Source: a virus | Lineage: Duplodnaviria; Caudoviricetes | Reading direction: 5' to 3' (one strand) | Length of the DNA stretch: 31,532 bases | IMG/VR virus record: IMGVR_UViG_3300032233_001427 | Location: 1 to 31,532 of that record | In this document: positions 1-8,163 of the stretch, piece after piece | Numbering within the stretch: the first letter of the stretch is position 1 | How the letters are laid out: every line of letters begins with the position of its first letter | Notes under the pieces: generated by a model | What the model was told of the DNA's origin: nothing | Seen by the model: only the letters and a program-made list of their open reading frames with translations | The model's database searches: none | Position numbers and translations under genes: made by a program

Positions 1-96
1 GAGCCACGCAATCCCAAAAAAACTGTTGAGAATTGCTCGCAATAAGTGTGACCCCATACCTCGCGGCTAATACCTCCCCCCACCCATTCCTGGGCA

Positions 97-135
97 TTGT
101 CACACTCTCCATAGCCTGTGACACAGGTGTGACAA
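97..135. repeat. Nested inverted repeats of TGTGAC upstream of terS
   Basis: TTGTCACAC (97-105) / GTGTGACAA (127-135), palindrome CCTGTG-A-CACAGG (115-127), and an extra GTGTGAC at 46-52. Confidence 0.7.
108..118 (+). promoter_or_regulatory. Putative late promoter motif TCCATAGCCTG (terS)
   Basis: Recurrent motif with a TAnnnT -10 core at 112-117. Confidence 0.55.
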
Positions 136-144
136 CCGATCTCA

Positions 145-678
145 GTGCTGATCACCGTTTCTCAGGCGGCCAAGGTGCTTGGCCTGAAAAGCCGTGAAAG
201 CATCTATAGAAAAATCAGGACCGGCGATCTTGCAAGCGTGCCGGGCGGAGAAGGTTCGCCGTTGATCGAGCGCGATGGTCTGGAAGATCGGTGGCAGCAA
301 ATCACTAGGAAGCAGAAGAACAGCCCAAAGCCCCTGCGGTCAGCAGCGGAACGCACGAAAGCGCCAGCCAATCAGCCACCGCCGACCAGGGACTCAAACG
401 AGCTTCCCGACTACAACGAGAGCCGCGCCCGCTCCGAGTTCGAGAAGGCCAACCTGCTCGAGCTGCAGCGCAAAACCCAGGAAGGCCTGCTGCTCCGCCG
501 GGAAGATGCAGTGCAGGCCTGGAATCAGGCGGTGAATATCACCCGCACCCGGCTGCTGGGGGTGCCCAGCACAGCCAAGCAACGCATCCCCCACCTTGAG
601 ATTGAAGAAGTGGAGCTGCTAACTGGGTTGATCCGCGAAGCCCTCGACGAGCTAGCGGCTGGTGAGGTGAAGGCATGA
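145..678 (+). CDS. terS: Terminase small subunit (Nu1-like, N-terminal HTH)
   Basis: N-terminal HTH (ITVSQAAKVLGLKSRESIYRKIRTG) and Nu1-like C-terminal part (YNESRARSEFEKANLLEL...EGLLL). ATGA overlap with terL. Confidence 0.85.
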   Translation: MLITVSQAAKVLGLKSRESIYRKIRTGDLASVPGGEGSPLIERDGLEDRWQQITRKQKNSPKPLRSAAERTKAPANQPPPTRDSNELPDYNESRARSEFEKANLLELQRKTQEGLLLRREDAVQAWNQAVNITRTRLLGVPSTAKQRIPHLEIEEVELLTGLIREALDELAAGEVKA

Positions 679-2621
679 TCACTGCCGACCCTGCGGAACT
701 CACCCGGCAAATCCTGGCGGGGTTCAAGCCACCACCGCGCCTGCGGTTGAGCGAGTACGCCGACGAGTTTGCGGTAATGACCGGCAATGCTGCCGAGCGG
801 GGAAGGTGGAACACGCTGCCGTATCAGCGGGAGATCCTCGACGCCTTCACTGATCCGACGATTGAAACGGTGGCGGTGATGAAGTCCGCCCGGGTGGGCT
901 GGACCAAGATGCTCGGCGTCGTGATCCAGCTATTCAGCCACCAGGACCCGTGCCCGGTGATGATCGTGCAGCCGGTCAAAGAAGACGCCGAGGGCTATTC
1001 CAAGGAAGAGATCAAGCCGCTGTTTGAAGACACGCCGGTGCTGCGTGGATTGATCAGCGAGAGCAAGGCGCGCAACACTGCCAGCAACACCATCCTGCTC
1101 AAGCAGCTGGGCAACGGCGGCCTGATTGACATCGTGAACGCAGCCTCCGGCAGATCGTTCAGACGCAAGAGCCGGAAGGTGGTGCTGTTCGATGAAGTCG
1201 ATGCCTACCCGCGGCTCGATGAAGGCGATCCCATCAAGCTGGGGCGGAACCGGGCGGACTATTACTGGGACCGCAAGATCGGCCTGGGCGGCACGCCGAT
1301 CTTTAAGGGCGGCAAGACGGAGGAGTGGTTTCTCCGCGGCGATCAACGGCGGTTTTTTGTGCCGTGCCCGTTCTGCGATGCCAAACAAGTGCTGCGCTGG
1401 GAGCAGATGCTTCGCGACGGTGAGCACGCTGGACACTATCAGTGCGAAAACTGCGCCGAGCCGATCCCCCACAGCAAAAAGCGGTGGATGGTGGAGCGCG
1501 GCGAGTGGCGGCCAACGGCGGTAAGCCAACAGCCGGGGCTGGTTTCATTCCACATCTGGGCGGCCTACAGCTACAGCCCGGCAGCGGACTGGACGGTGCT
1601 GGTGCGAGAGCACGCCGAAGCGCTGGATGCCATGCGCAAGGGCGACCCCGACGCGATGCAGACATTCCACAACACCGTGCTGGGCGAACCCTGGGAAGAT
1701 TCGATCTCCGGCAAGCTCACCGGCGATGGGCTGGCGGAGCGCCGCAAGAATGAAGCGGCCGGCAACGGCTACCCCGATGGCACGGTGCCAGATGGGGTGC
1801 TGCTGCTCACGGCTGGCGTCGATGTGCAGGGCGGTGCCGGAACCGTCAACGAGCGGTTGGTGCTAACCGTATGGGGCTGGGGCCGAGGGGAAGAGGGCTG
1901 GCACCTGGGCCACTGGGAGATCGACGGCGACCCGCAGCAACCCGAGACGCTGGCCCAGTTGGACCAGATCGCCAAGACCCGCTGGCACCGGGCCGATGGC
2001 ACTGAGCTCCGGTTGACCATGGGCGGGATCGACGATGGTGGCTATGCCACCCATGAAGTGCGGGACTGGTGCCGCGGGCGGACCAGCCAATGGGTGCCGA
2101 TGAAAGGCGCCCACCAGAAAGGGAAAGCGCTGCTGGGGCGAGGCGTGCCGGTTGACGTGAACCGCAAGAACCAGGGCGTTACCAAACGCGGGGTGCTGCT
2201 CTACAACGTGGGGTATGACGCCAGCGTGAACCACCTGCAGGGGCGGTTGCGGAATGAACAGCCGGGGCCCGGATACCTGCACTTCGGCATGGCCTCAACT
2301 GATCAGTTCCTGGCCGAGCTGTTTCCCTGGAAGCGGATGCCAAAGCGGGATAAGGGCCAGACCACCTACAGCTGGGTGTTGCCATCAGGCTCGCGGGATG
2401 AATCGGGCGACTGCACCCGGATGGCCTACGCCGCGATGCAGCTGGTGAGCCGGAGATACAACCGCGCGACGATGTGGGATCAGATCGAGGCCACCCTGGG
2501 GCGCTCCAATCCGCAGGCCCTGCCCGATGTTGTGGAACCCGGCGAGCAACGCCGTAGCGGTTGGCTGGGGAGCACCGGCGCCACCAGCAAATCCACTCGA
2601 TCTAACTGGCTCGGTCGATAG
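675..2621 (+). CDS. terL: Terminase large subunit, lambda gpA family
   Basis: gpA motifs: PYQREILD, KSARVGWT (Walker A region), VVLFDEVD (Walker B), VPCPFC/CENC Zn site, LTAGVDVQ nuclease motif. Confidence 0.97.
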   Translation: MITADPAELTRQILAGFKPPPRLRLSEYADEFAVMTGNAAERGRWNTLPYQREILDAFTDPTIETVAVMKSARVGWTKMLGVVIQLFSHQDPCPVMIVQPVKEDAEGYSKEEIKPLFEDTPVLRGLISESKARNTASNTILLKQLGNGGLIDIVNAASGRSFRRKSRKVVLFDEVDAYPRLDEGDPIKLGRNRADYYWDRKIGLGGTPIFKGGKTEEWFLRGDQRRFFVPCPFCDAKQVLRWEQMLRDGEHAGHYQCENCAEPIPHSKKRWMVERGEWRPTAVSQQPGLVSFHIWAAYSYSPAADWTVLVREHAEALDAMRKGDPDAMQTFHNTVLGEPWEDSISGKLTGDGLAERRKNEAAGNGYPDGTVPDGVLLLTAGVDVQGGAGTVNERLVLTVWGWGRGEEGWHLGHWEIDGDPQQPETLAQLDQIAKTRWHRADGTELRLTMGGIDDGGYATHEVRDWCRGRTSQWVPMKGAHQKGKALLGRGVPVDVNRKNQGVTKRGVLLYNVGYDASVNHLQGRLRNEQPGPGYLHFGMASTDQFLAELFPWKRMPKRDKGQTTYSWVLPSGSRDESGDCTRMAYAAMQLVSRRYNRATMWDQIEATLGRSNPQALPDVVEPGEQRRSGWLGSTGATSKSTRSNWLGR

Positions 2622-2625
2622 CCTG
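2619..2625 (+). promoter_or_regulatory. Putative late promoter motif TAGCCTG (gpW), overlapping terL stop
   Basis: TAGCCT ends 5 nt before the ATG at 2630, which is leaderless spacing. Confidence 0.5.
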
Positions 2626-2629
2626 ACCT

Positions 2630-2836
2630 ATGGCCTACACCTCCACCCAGCTCGCAGATCTGCGCGCGGCGATTGCCGAGGGTGTGCTGTCAGTGCGGTT
2701 CAGTGATGGCCGCCAGCTGACCTACCGCAGCCTCGATGAGATGCGCAGGATTGAGCAGGGCATGGCCGCTGAGCTGGAGCCCACAACCACGGTGCGCTTG
2801 CGCCGTACTTACTACGGCATGACGAGGCCAACCTGA
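2630..2836 (+). CDS. Head-to-tail joining protein, gpW-like
   Basis: 68 aa between terL and portal. Pattern AIAEGVLSVRFSDGRQLTYRSLDEM is typical of gpW-like proteins. Confidence 0.85.
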   Translation: MAYTSTQLADLRAAIAEGVLSVRFSDGRQLTYRSLDEMRRIEQGMAAELEPTTTVRLRRTYYGMTRPT

Positions 2837-4266
2837 TGGGCAGGCGCAGAAAGGCCCGCGACGTTCAGACCGCCCGGCAGGTGCTTAGCGAGTTCGAGGC
2901 GGCAAAGGAAACCCGCCGCACATCTGGCTGGTGGGCAAGCAACAGCGGACCCAATAGCGATTTGCGCCAAGCCTGGTATTGGCTGGTCAAACGCCACCAG
3001 GATCTAGCCGACAACGACGCGTACGCATCGCGGGCGATTGGCGTAATCGTCAACAACTGGATCGGCGACGGGATCATGAGCACCCCGCAGGGGGGAACCC
3101 GGCGCTACAACCTGGCGTGGAAGCGGTGGTGCGATTCACCCGAGAGCGATTTCTATGGCATCCATGACTGGTACGGCAACCAGGCGGTAGGGGCCCGGAC
3201 CACCGCCGTGCGCGGTGCGGTGCTGATCCGCAAGCGGGTGAATCCTGAGCTGTTTGACCGCTACGGCATGGTGCCGCTGCAAGTGCAGATGCTCGAGCCC
3301 GACTGGCTGGACTTCAACAAAGACAACGGTATCGACATCCTGTTTGGTCAGCAGTTCGACAGCGCCGGCCGGCTGCAGGGGTACTGGATCCGCGACCGCC
3401 ACCCGGGCGAAATGATCCTGGGTTCAGGCGTCAGGGTGCAATCGACGTTTGTGCCAAAGGAAGAGATCAGCCTGCACTTCGATTCCCGCCGCGCTGGCCA
3501 GCGGATGGGGCTGCCGTTTGGTACGGCTGCAATCCTCACGCTGCGGGATATGGGCGACATTCGCGCCGCCCAGCAAATGAAGGACAAAATTTCGGCCTGT
3601 TTCTTCGGGGTGGTGACCGATATGGATGGGGAGGTTGACCCCAGCAAAACCGGCATTGCTTTCGACACGATCGAGCCCGGCGCTGTTGAGCACCTGCCGC
3701 CCGGCCGTGATTTCAGAGCGTTCAGCCCGCCAAGCTCCGGCGATTTTGTTAGCACCCACCGCGAGTATGCGCACGCGGTAGCGGCGGCCTATGAGATCAC
3801 CTACGAGTCGATGACGGGTGATCTGTCGAACGTCAATTACTCGAGCTTCCGCGGTGGCTGGCTTGAGTTCAGTCGGCGCATCGCCTACCTGCGCGGCAAG
3901 GTCAGCGTGCCCGGGATGCTGGCCCCGGTGTGCCGCTGGCACGATGAGCTTGCCGGCATGGTCGGCCTGCTTAAGGGCCCGCTTGAGTGGACCCACACCC
4001 CACCACGGCGGGAGATGATCGACCCCACCCGCGAGATCCCCGCGCTGATCAGTGCGGTGCGGGCCGGGATCATGAGCCTTTCGGAAGTGCAGCGCAGCTT
4101 CGGGTACGTGCCCGAAGAAATCATTGCCGAGCTGGCAATCGACATGCAGCGGGCCAAGGATGCAGGCCTGACCCTGAGCGTGGACCCTGGCCTGGTCAGC
4201 GACTCGGGCGTGGCCCAGGCCGCTGGAGATGCGGATCCAGCACCGGCTGGCCCTGCGGATCCATAG
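2836..4266 (+). CDS. Portal protein, lambda family
   Basis: Motifs LQVQMLEPD, QFDSAGRLQGYW, TGDLSNVNYSSFRGG, IDPTRE. Position after gpW. Confidence 0.95.
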   Translation: MGRRRKARDVQTARQVLSEFEAAKETRRTSGWWASNSGPNSDLRQAWYWLVKRHQDLADNDAYASRAIGVIVNNWIGDGIMSTPQGGTRRYNLAWKRWCDSPESDFYGIHDWYGNQAVGARTTAVRGAVLIRKRVNPELFDRYGMVPLQVQMLEPDWLDFNKDNGIDILFGQQFDSAGRLQGYWIRDRHPGEMILGSGVRVQSTFVPKEEISLHFDSRRAGQRMGLPFGTAAILTLRDMGDIRAAQQMKDKISACFFGVVTDMDGEVDPSKTGIAFDTIEPGAVEHLPPGRDFRAFSPPSSGDFVSTHREYAHAVAAAYEITYESMTGDLSNVNYSSFRGGWLEFSRRIAYLRGKVSVPGMLAPVCRWHDELAGMVGLLKGPLEWTHTPPRREMIDPTREIPALISAVRAGIMSLSEVQRSFGYVPEEIIAELAIDMQRAKDAGLTLSVDPGLVSDSGVAQAAGDADPAPAGPADP

Positions 4267-4274
4267 CCTGAAGC
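4260..4274 (+). promoter_or_regulatory. Putative late promoter motif TCCATAGCCTGAAGC (protease-capsid), overlapping portal stop
   Basis: 15 bp identical to 22686-22700. Confidence 0.6.
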
Positions 4275-4290
4275 CAGCGACTACATAATC

Positions 4291-6357
4291 ATGGCCTTGG
4301 GTGTATCGGTGAAGGCGGCAGCCACGGCGCCGGTGATGCAGCTCTATGGCGATGTGGGTGTGGATGTTCTGGCTTCAGATGTAGCTAAATCCCTGGAGTC
4401 CGCTGGCGGGCGCGACATCACAATCAACCTCTTCAGCTATGGCGGTGATGCTGGCGAAGGTCTAGCTATTCACGACATCCTGGCCCGCTACCAGGGAAAA
4501 AAGACCATCATCATCGACGGCGTTGCAGCCTCGGCCGGCTCAATGGTGGCCATGGCCGGTGATCGGGTGGTGATGCCAGACAACGCCCTGATGATGATCC
4601 ACAACTGCTGGAGCATGGCGGCCGGTGACGCCGAATCCCTGCGCACCTCAGCTGCGCTGCTGGATATCTACTCCGCCAGCTACCGGCAGACCTACGCCAA
4701 AAAGTCTGGCGCTGATGAAACCCAGGTTGATGAGTGGATGGCCGCAGGCTCTGGAGCCGGCACCTGGTTCACAGCCGCCGCCGCTGTAGAGGCTGGCCTA
4801 GCTGATGAAGTTGCAGCCCCGGTTGATGTGCGGGCCAGTGTTCCGCAGATGCCATCTGATCGATTCTCCAATCCTCCGGCGGCGCTGTTAAAGAGTTGGG
4901 CCGCAATCCATAGCCTTACTACAGAGGAAAAACCCAAACCCTCCCTGAAACAAATGACTACGCAATCTCAGGCCGGGGGCGCACCGGCCGCGACCGTCGA
5001 GGTTCAGCCCGTGGCAGCCGCCGCAACTGAGGCTGCTCCCGTTACCACCAAGGCCGTCGAGGCCGTTTCCGCATCTGCTGAGTCTGCCACCGTTGCCGCC
5101 CTGCGGCGCGAAGCTGACATTCGCCGCTGTGCTGCCCAGGCCGGCCTGACCGCCGACGTGGTGCAAGCCATGGTTGATGGCGGCAAGCCCTTCACCGAGG
5201 TGGCAATGGAAATCGTCACCGCCCACGCTTCTGTGATCGAAGGCCGTGCTGGTGCTGCTGGCCACCCTGCTCGCATCCAGGTGACCCGCGACGCGGGCGA
5301 CACCGTGATGGCTGGCATCGGCGACATGCTCCACGCCCGGATCAACCCCGGCACCGAGATCAGCGACGCCGGCAAGCAGTACCGCGGCTACTCCCTGATG
5401 GAAGTGGTTCGGATCTTTGCTGAGAGCCGCGGCATCAATACCGCCGGCCGCTCCAAGTCTGACTTGGTGGCGATGGCCATGCACAGCACCAGCGATTTCC
5501 CGCTGCTGTTCTCCAACCTGGCCGGCAAAACCCTGACCGCCGCCTACGAAGAGGAGCCTCACACCTGGAAGCCCCTGGCCCGTCAGCGCAACCTGCCTGA
5601 TTTCAAGCAGGCCAGCGATCTGGTGTTGGCTGCTGATCTCGCGCCCGAGCTTCTGCTCGAGGGTGGCGAGTACAAGAAAGGCACACTGCAAGAAGCGCAA
5701 GCTACCTGGAAGCTGGCCACCTACGCCCGCAAGGTGTGCATCACCCGCCAGGCAATCATCAACGATGACCTGTCTGCCCTTGAGCGGACCCCCGAGTATC
5801 TGGGCCGCGGTTTCCGCCGCCTTGAGTCCAACCTGGTTTGGAACCTGATCACTTCCAACGCCACCACTTCAGTGGACGGCTTGGCTCTGTTCGCTGCTGG
5901 GCATAACAACACCGGCACCGGCGCTATCGCCATCGCTGGCATGAACGCCGCGAAGAAGGCCATGCGCAAGCAGACCGACATCTCCGGCGTCACGGTCAAC
6001 CTGACCCCCGACTACCTGGTGGTGCCTACCGATCTGGAAGCTACGGCCCTCCAGTTCCTGTATCCCACTGGCTACGCCCCCTCGACGCTGACCGGCGCCA
6101 ACGGCCCCAACGTCTACGCCGGCGCAATGCAGCTGATCGTTGAGCCACGCCTTGACGGTTCCGCTACCCAGTGGTACGCCGCCTCTGCTCCTAGCAAGGT
6201 TGAAGGCCTGGTCTACGGCTACCTGGCTGATGAGCCCGGCCCCACCGTTACGACCGTGCCTGAGCGCGATCCCGATGGCGTCACCCTGCTGGCCCGCTTC
6301 GACTTCGGTTGTGCGGTGAAGGACTACCGCTTCATCTACCGCTCCACCGGCGCCTGA
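4291..6357 (+). CDS. Fused ClpP-type (S14) prohead protease / major capsid protein
   Basis: N-terminal ClpP motifs (SYGGD, DGVAASAGS, MMIHN, TWFTA..A...GLADEV), an Ala-rich linker, then a capsid domain (HSTSDFP, ITRQAIINDDL, IVEPRL, RFDFG). Confidence 0.92.
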   Translation: MALGVSVKAAATAPVMQLYGDVGVDVLASDVAKSLESAGGRDITINLFSYGGDAGEGLAIHDILARYQGKKTIIIDGVAASAGSMVAMAGDRVVMPDNALMMIHNCWSMAAGDAESLRTSAALLDIYSASYRQTYAKKSGADETQVDEWMAAGSGAGTWFTAAAAVEAGLADEVAAPVDVRASVPQMPSDRFSNPPAALLKSWAAIHSLTTEEKPKPSLKQMTTQSQAGGAPAATVEVQPVAAAATEAAPVTTKAVEAVSASAESATVAALRREADIRRCAAQAGLTADVVQAMVDGGKPFTEVAMEIVTAHASVIEGRAGAAGHPARIQVTRDAGDTVMAGIGDMLHARINPGTEISDAGKQYRGYSLMEVVRIFAESRGINTAGRSKSDLVAMAMHSTSDFPLLFSNLAGKTLTAAYEEEPHTWKPLARQRNLPDFKQASDLVLAADLAPELLLEGGEYKKGTLQEAQATWKLATYARKVCITRQAIINDDLSALERTPEYLGRGFRRLESNLVWNLITSNATTSVDGLALFAAGHNNTGTGAIAIAGMNAAKKAMRKQTDISGVTVNLTPDYLVVPTDLEATALQFLYPTGYAPSTLTGANGPNVYAGAMQLIVEPRLDGSATQWYAASAPSKVEGLVYGYLADEPGPTVTTVPERDPDGVTLLARFDFGCAVKDYRFIYRSTGA
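4907..4916 (+). promoter_or_regulatory. Putative internal promoter motif TCCATAGCCT upstream of nested ATG 4954
   Basis: Same 10-mer as at 108, 4260 and 22686. Confidence 0.55.
4954..6357 (+). CDS. Probable nested in-frame scaffold/major capsid product (internal start MTTQSQ..., 467 aa)
   Basis: ATG at 4954 is in frame (codon 222). It follows an A/C-rich leader-like stretch and a TCCATAGCCT motif at 4907-4916. Confidence 0.6.
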   Translation: MTTQSQAGGAPAATVEVQPVAAAATEAAPVTTKAVEAVSASAESATVAALRREADIRRCAAQAGLTADVVQAMVDGGKPFTEVAMEIVTAHASVIEGRAGAAGHPARIQVTRDAGDTVMAGIGDMLHARINPGTEISDAGKQYRGYSLMEVVRIFAESRGINTAGRSKSDLVAMAMHSTSDFPLLFSNLAGKTLTAAYEEEPHTWKPLARQRNLPDFKQASDLVLAADLAPELLLEGGEYKKGTLQEAQATWKLATYARKVCITRQAIINDDLSALERTPEYLGRGFRRLESNLVWNLITSNATTSVDGLALFAAGHNNTGTGAIAIAGMNAAKKAMRKQTDISGVTVNLTPDYLVVPTDLEATALQFLYPTGYAPSTLTGANGPNVYAGAMQLIVEPRLDGSATQWYAASAPSKVEGLVYGYLADEPGPTVTTVPERDPDGVTLLARFDFGCAVKDYRFIYRSTGA

Positions 6358-6369
6358 TCTTGACCCTCT

Positions 6370-6397
6370 GGGCCGGTAACCCCGGCCCTTAATTATT
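6370..6397 (+). terminator. Rho-independent terminator after capsid gene
   Basis: GGGCCGG-TAACC-CCGGCCC hairpin followed by TTAATTATT, 12 nt after the capsid stop. Confidence 0.7.
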
Positions 6398-6417
6398 CAC
6401 CCCAACGAGGTAACCCC

Positions 6418-6744
6418 ATGAAAAACTCCATTCAAGAGGGCGAGGTTCTAGCCCTTGCCGCACCCTATGCAGTCGCCTCTGGCGGCGGCGCCCTGATCGG
6501 CGCCATCTTCGGCGTTGCTGTGACCGCCCTGGCTAATGCTGAGGTTGGCAGCTTCGAGCTTGAAGGTGTGTTCGCCCTGCCTAAGGCAACTGGCGCCGCA
6601 ACCCTGGGGCAGCGCGCCTACTGGGACAACACCAACAAGAACGTCACCGCGACCGTGGGCTCTAACACCCTGATCGGCGTGTTTGTGGCTGCCTACGCCT
6701 CTGGCGACACCCTGGCCAACGTCCGCCTTAACGCCTCCTTCTGA
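6418..6744 (+). CDS. DUF2190-family capsid cement/decoration protein
   Basis: 108 aa, MKN.IQEG..L.L.AP...V.SG...GVF.LPK...YWD pattern, directly after the capsid gene. Confidence 0.85.
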   Translation: MKNSIQEGEVLALAAPYAVASGGGALIGAIFGVAVTALANAEVGSFELEGVFALPKATGAATLGQRAYWDNTNKNVTATVGSNTLIGVFVAAYASGDTLANVRLNASF

Positions 6745-7373
6745 TGAGCTGGGCCACCCTAAATGCAGCTGCAAATCGGGTGGCCTTTGATCGCCTGGGA
6801 AGCGTCAGCGTTACTGCTGGCGCTGTCTCTGCGCGTGGGTTTTTAGTAATGCCCGGGCAGGTGATCCTGGACGGGACGGTGATCTCCACGGATTACACCC
6901 TGACGGCACTAGCTGATGATTTCGGCGGCCTGCTCTACGGCGACGCCATTACCGTGGGTGGTGTTAATTACAGCGTGCGCGAGTCCAGGCGGATTGATGA
7001 CGGCACATTTGTCGAGGTGCTGCTAAGCAAGCTGGCGCCCGATGTGCCAGCGCCTGGCAGCAATCCTGCCGATTACAGCCTTGGCCTGGCAGATTTGGCC
7101 GATGTGGATGTGAGCGGAGCGCAGACTGGTGAGGTGCTGAAGTACAACGGCGCGCAATGGGTCGATGCAACGGATGAAGGCACGGCCTTTGTCTTTACCC
7201 AGTCAACGGTGGCCACCACTTGGACCATCAACCACAACCTTGGGCACATTCCAAGCGTTGAAGTATTTGACAGCGGCAGCCAGGAAATTGAAGCTGACGT
7301 CTCGCATCCAGATATAAATCAAACCCTTATTCTGTTTACAGTGCCCACCACTGGCTTTGCGAGGTTGATCTGA
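6744..7373 (+). CDS. Head-tail joining protein (gpFII-like) with C-terminal extension
   Basis: First ~95 aa resemble FII-like connectors (GDAITVGGVNYSVRE...DDG). The C-terminus adds LADLADVD...YNGAQW and WTINHNLG..PSV domains. Confidence 0.65.
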   Translation: MSWATLNAAANRVAFDRLGSVSVTAGAVSARGFLVMPGQVILDGTVISTDYTLTALADDFGGLLYGDAITVGGVNYSVRESRRIDDGTFVEVLLSKLAPDVPAPGSNPADYSLGLADLADVDVSGAQTGEVLKYNGAQWVDATDEGTAFVFTQSTVATTWTINHNLGHIPSVEVFDSGSQEIEADVSHPDINQTLILFTVPTTGFARLI

Positions 7374-7374
7374 C

Positions 7375-8163
7375 ATGCCTAAAAAGATCTTTACCGACTT
7401 CGACTTTCAGTCAGTCTCCAAAGTCGTCAACCTGCCGGCACCCAGCGCCAGCGGTGATGCAGTCCCTAAGTCCTATGTGGACGGACTGGTTGAAGGACTG
7501 GCGTGGAAAGATTCCTGCCGGGTCGCCACGCAGTCAAACCTAAACCTGGCCAGCCCTGGCGCCACGATTGATGGCATCACGATGGCCAGCCAAGACCGGG
7601 TGCTGGTACGTGCGCAATCCACGGCATCCGAAAACGGCATCTACGTCTGGAATGGCGCCGCTGTAGCAGCTACCAGGGCGCTGGATGCGAGCACATTCCC
7701 CGAGCTTGAGCAGGCCGTCACAACCGTTGAAGAAGGCACCAGTGCTGCGACGACGTACCGCCAAGACCAGATCAACGGCACGATTGGCAGCAGCTCGATT
7801 AGCTGGGTGACCTTCGGCACGTCGGCCCCGGCTGCCAGTGAAACTACGGCTGGTATTGCTGAGCTTGCCACCCAGGCCGAGGTCAACACCGGCACCGACG
7901 ATTTGCGGATTGTCACCCCGCTGAAGCTGGCCACATGGTCAGGCCGGATCAAGAAGTTTGCGGTGAGCATCGGTGACGGTTCCGCCACCAGCTACACGGT
8001 GACCCACAATCTTGGCAGCCTCGATGTTGGCGTGACTGTTTTCCAGAACAGCAACGGCGAGGAAGTGATTACAGACGTGACCCACGCAACGACCAACACG
8101 CTGACGGTGGTCTTTGCTACTGCCCCAGCGTCTAACGCCTACCGCGTGGTGGTGGTTGGCTAA
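7375..8163 (+). CDS. Virion structural protein (fibre/adaptor-like)
   Basis: DAVPKSYVD, WKDSCRVAT, DRVLVRAQ..ASENGIY, ASETTAGIAELATQAE and a C-terminal VTHNLG domain, all typical of fibre/decoration proteins. Confidence 0.65.
   Translation: MPKKIFTDFDFQSVSKVVNLPAPSASGDAVPKSYVDGLVEGLAWKDSCRVATQSNLNLASPGATIDGITMASQDRVLVRAQSTASENGIYVWNGAAVAATRALDASTFPELEQAVTTVEEGTSAATTYRQDQINGTIGSSSISWVTFGTSAPAASETTAGIAELATQAEVNTGTDDLRIVTPLKLATWSGRIKKFAVSIGDGSATSYTVTHNLGSLDVGVTVFQNSNGEEVITDVTHATTNTLTVVFATAPASNAYRVVVVG

Noticed and set aside
4264-4293. Amber readthrough or recoding: the TAGs at 4264 and 22690 are both in frame with the next ATG, 27 nt on
   Set aside because: The same motif occurs where it is not a stop (112, 4911, 9790), is out of frame at 2619, and genes are not interrupted by internal TAGs. 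A promoter explains the pattern better.
4888-5700. 270-aa antisense ORF, and similar ones at 930-1529, 3424-3996, 11582-12229 and 24884-25546
   Set aside because: These are shadow frames of GC-rich sense genes with no recognisable motifs.
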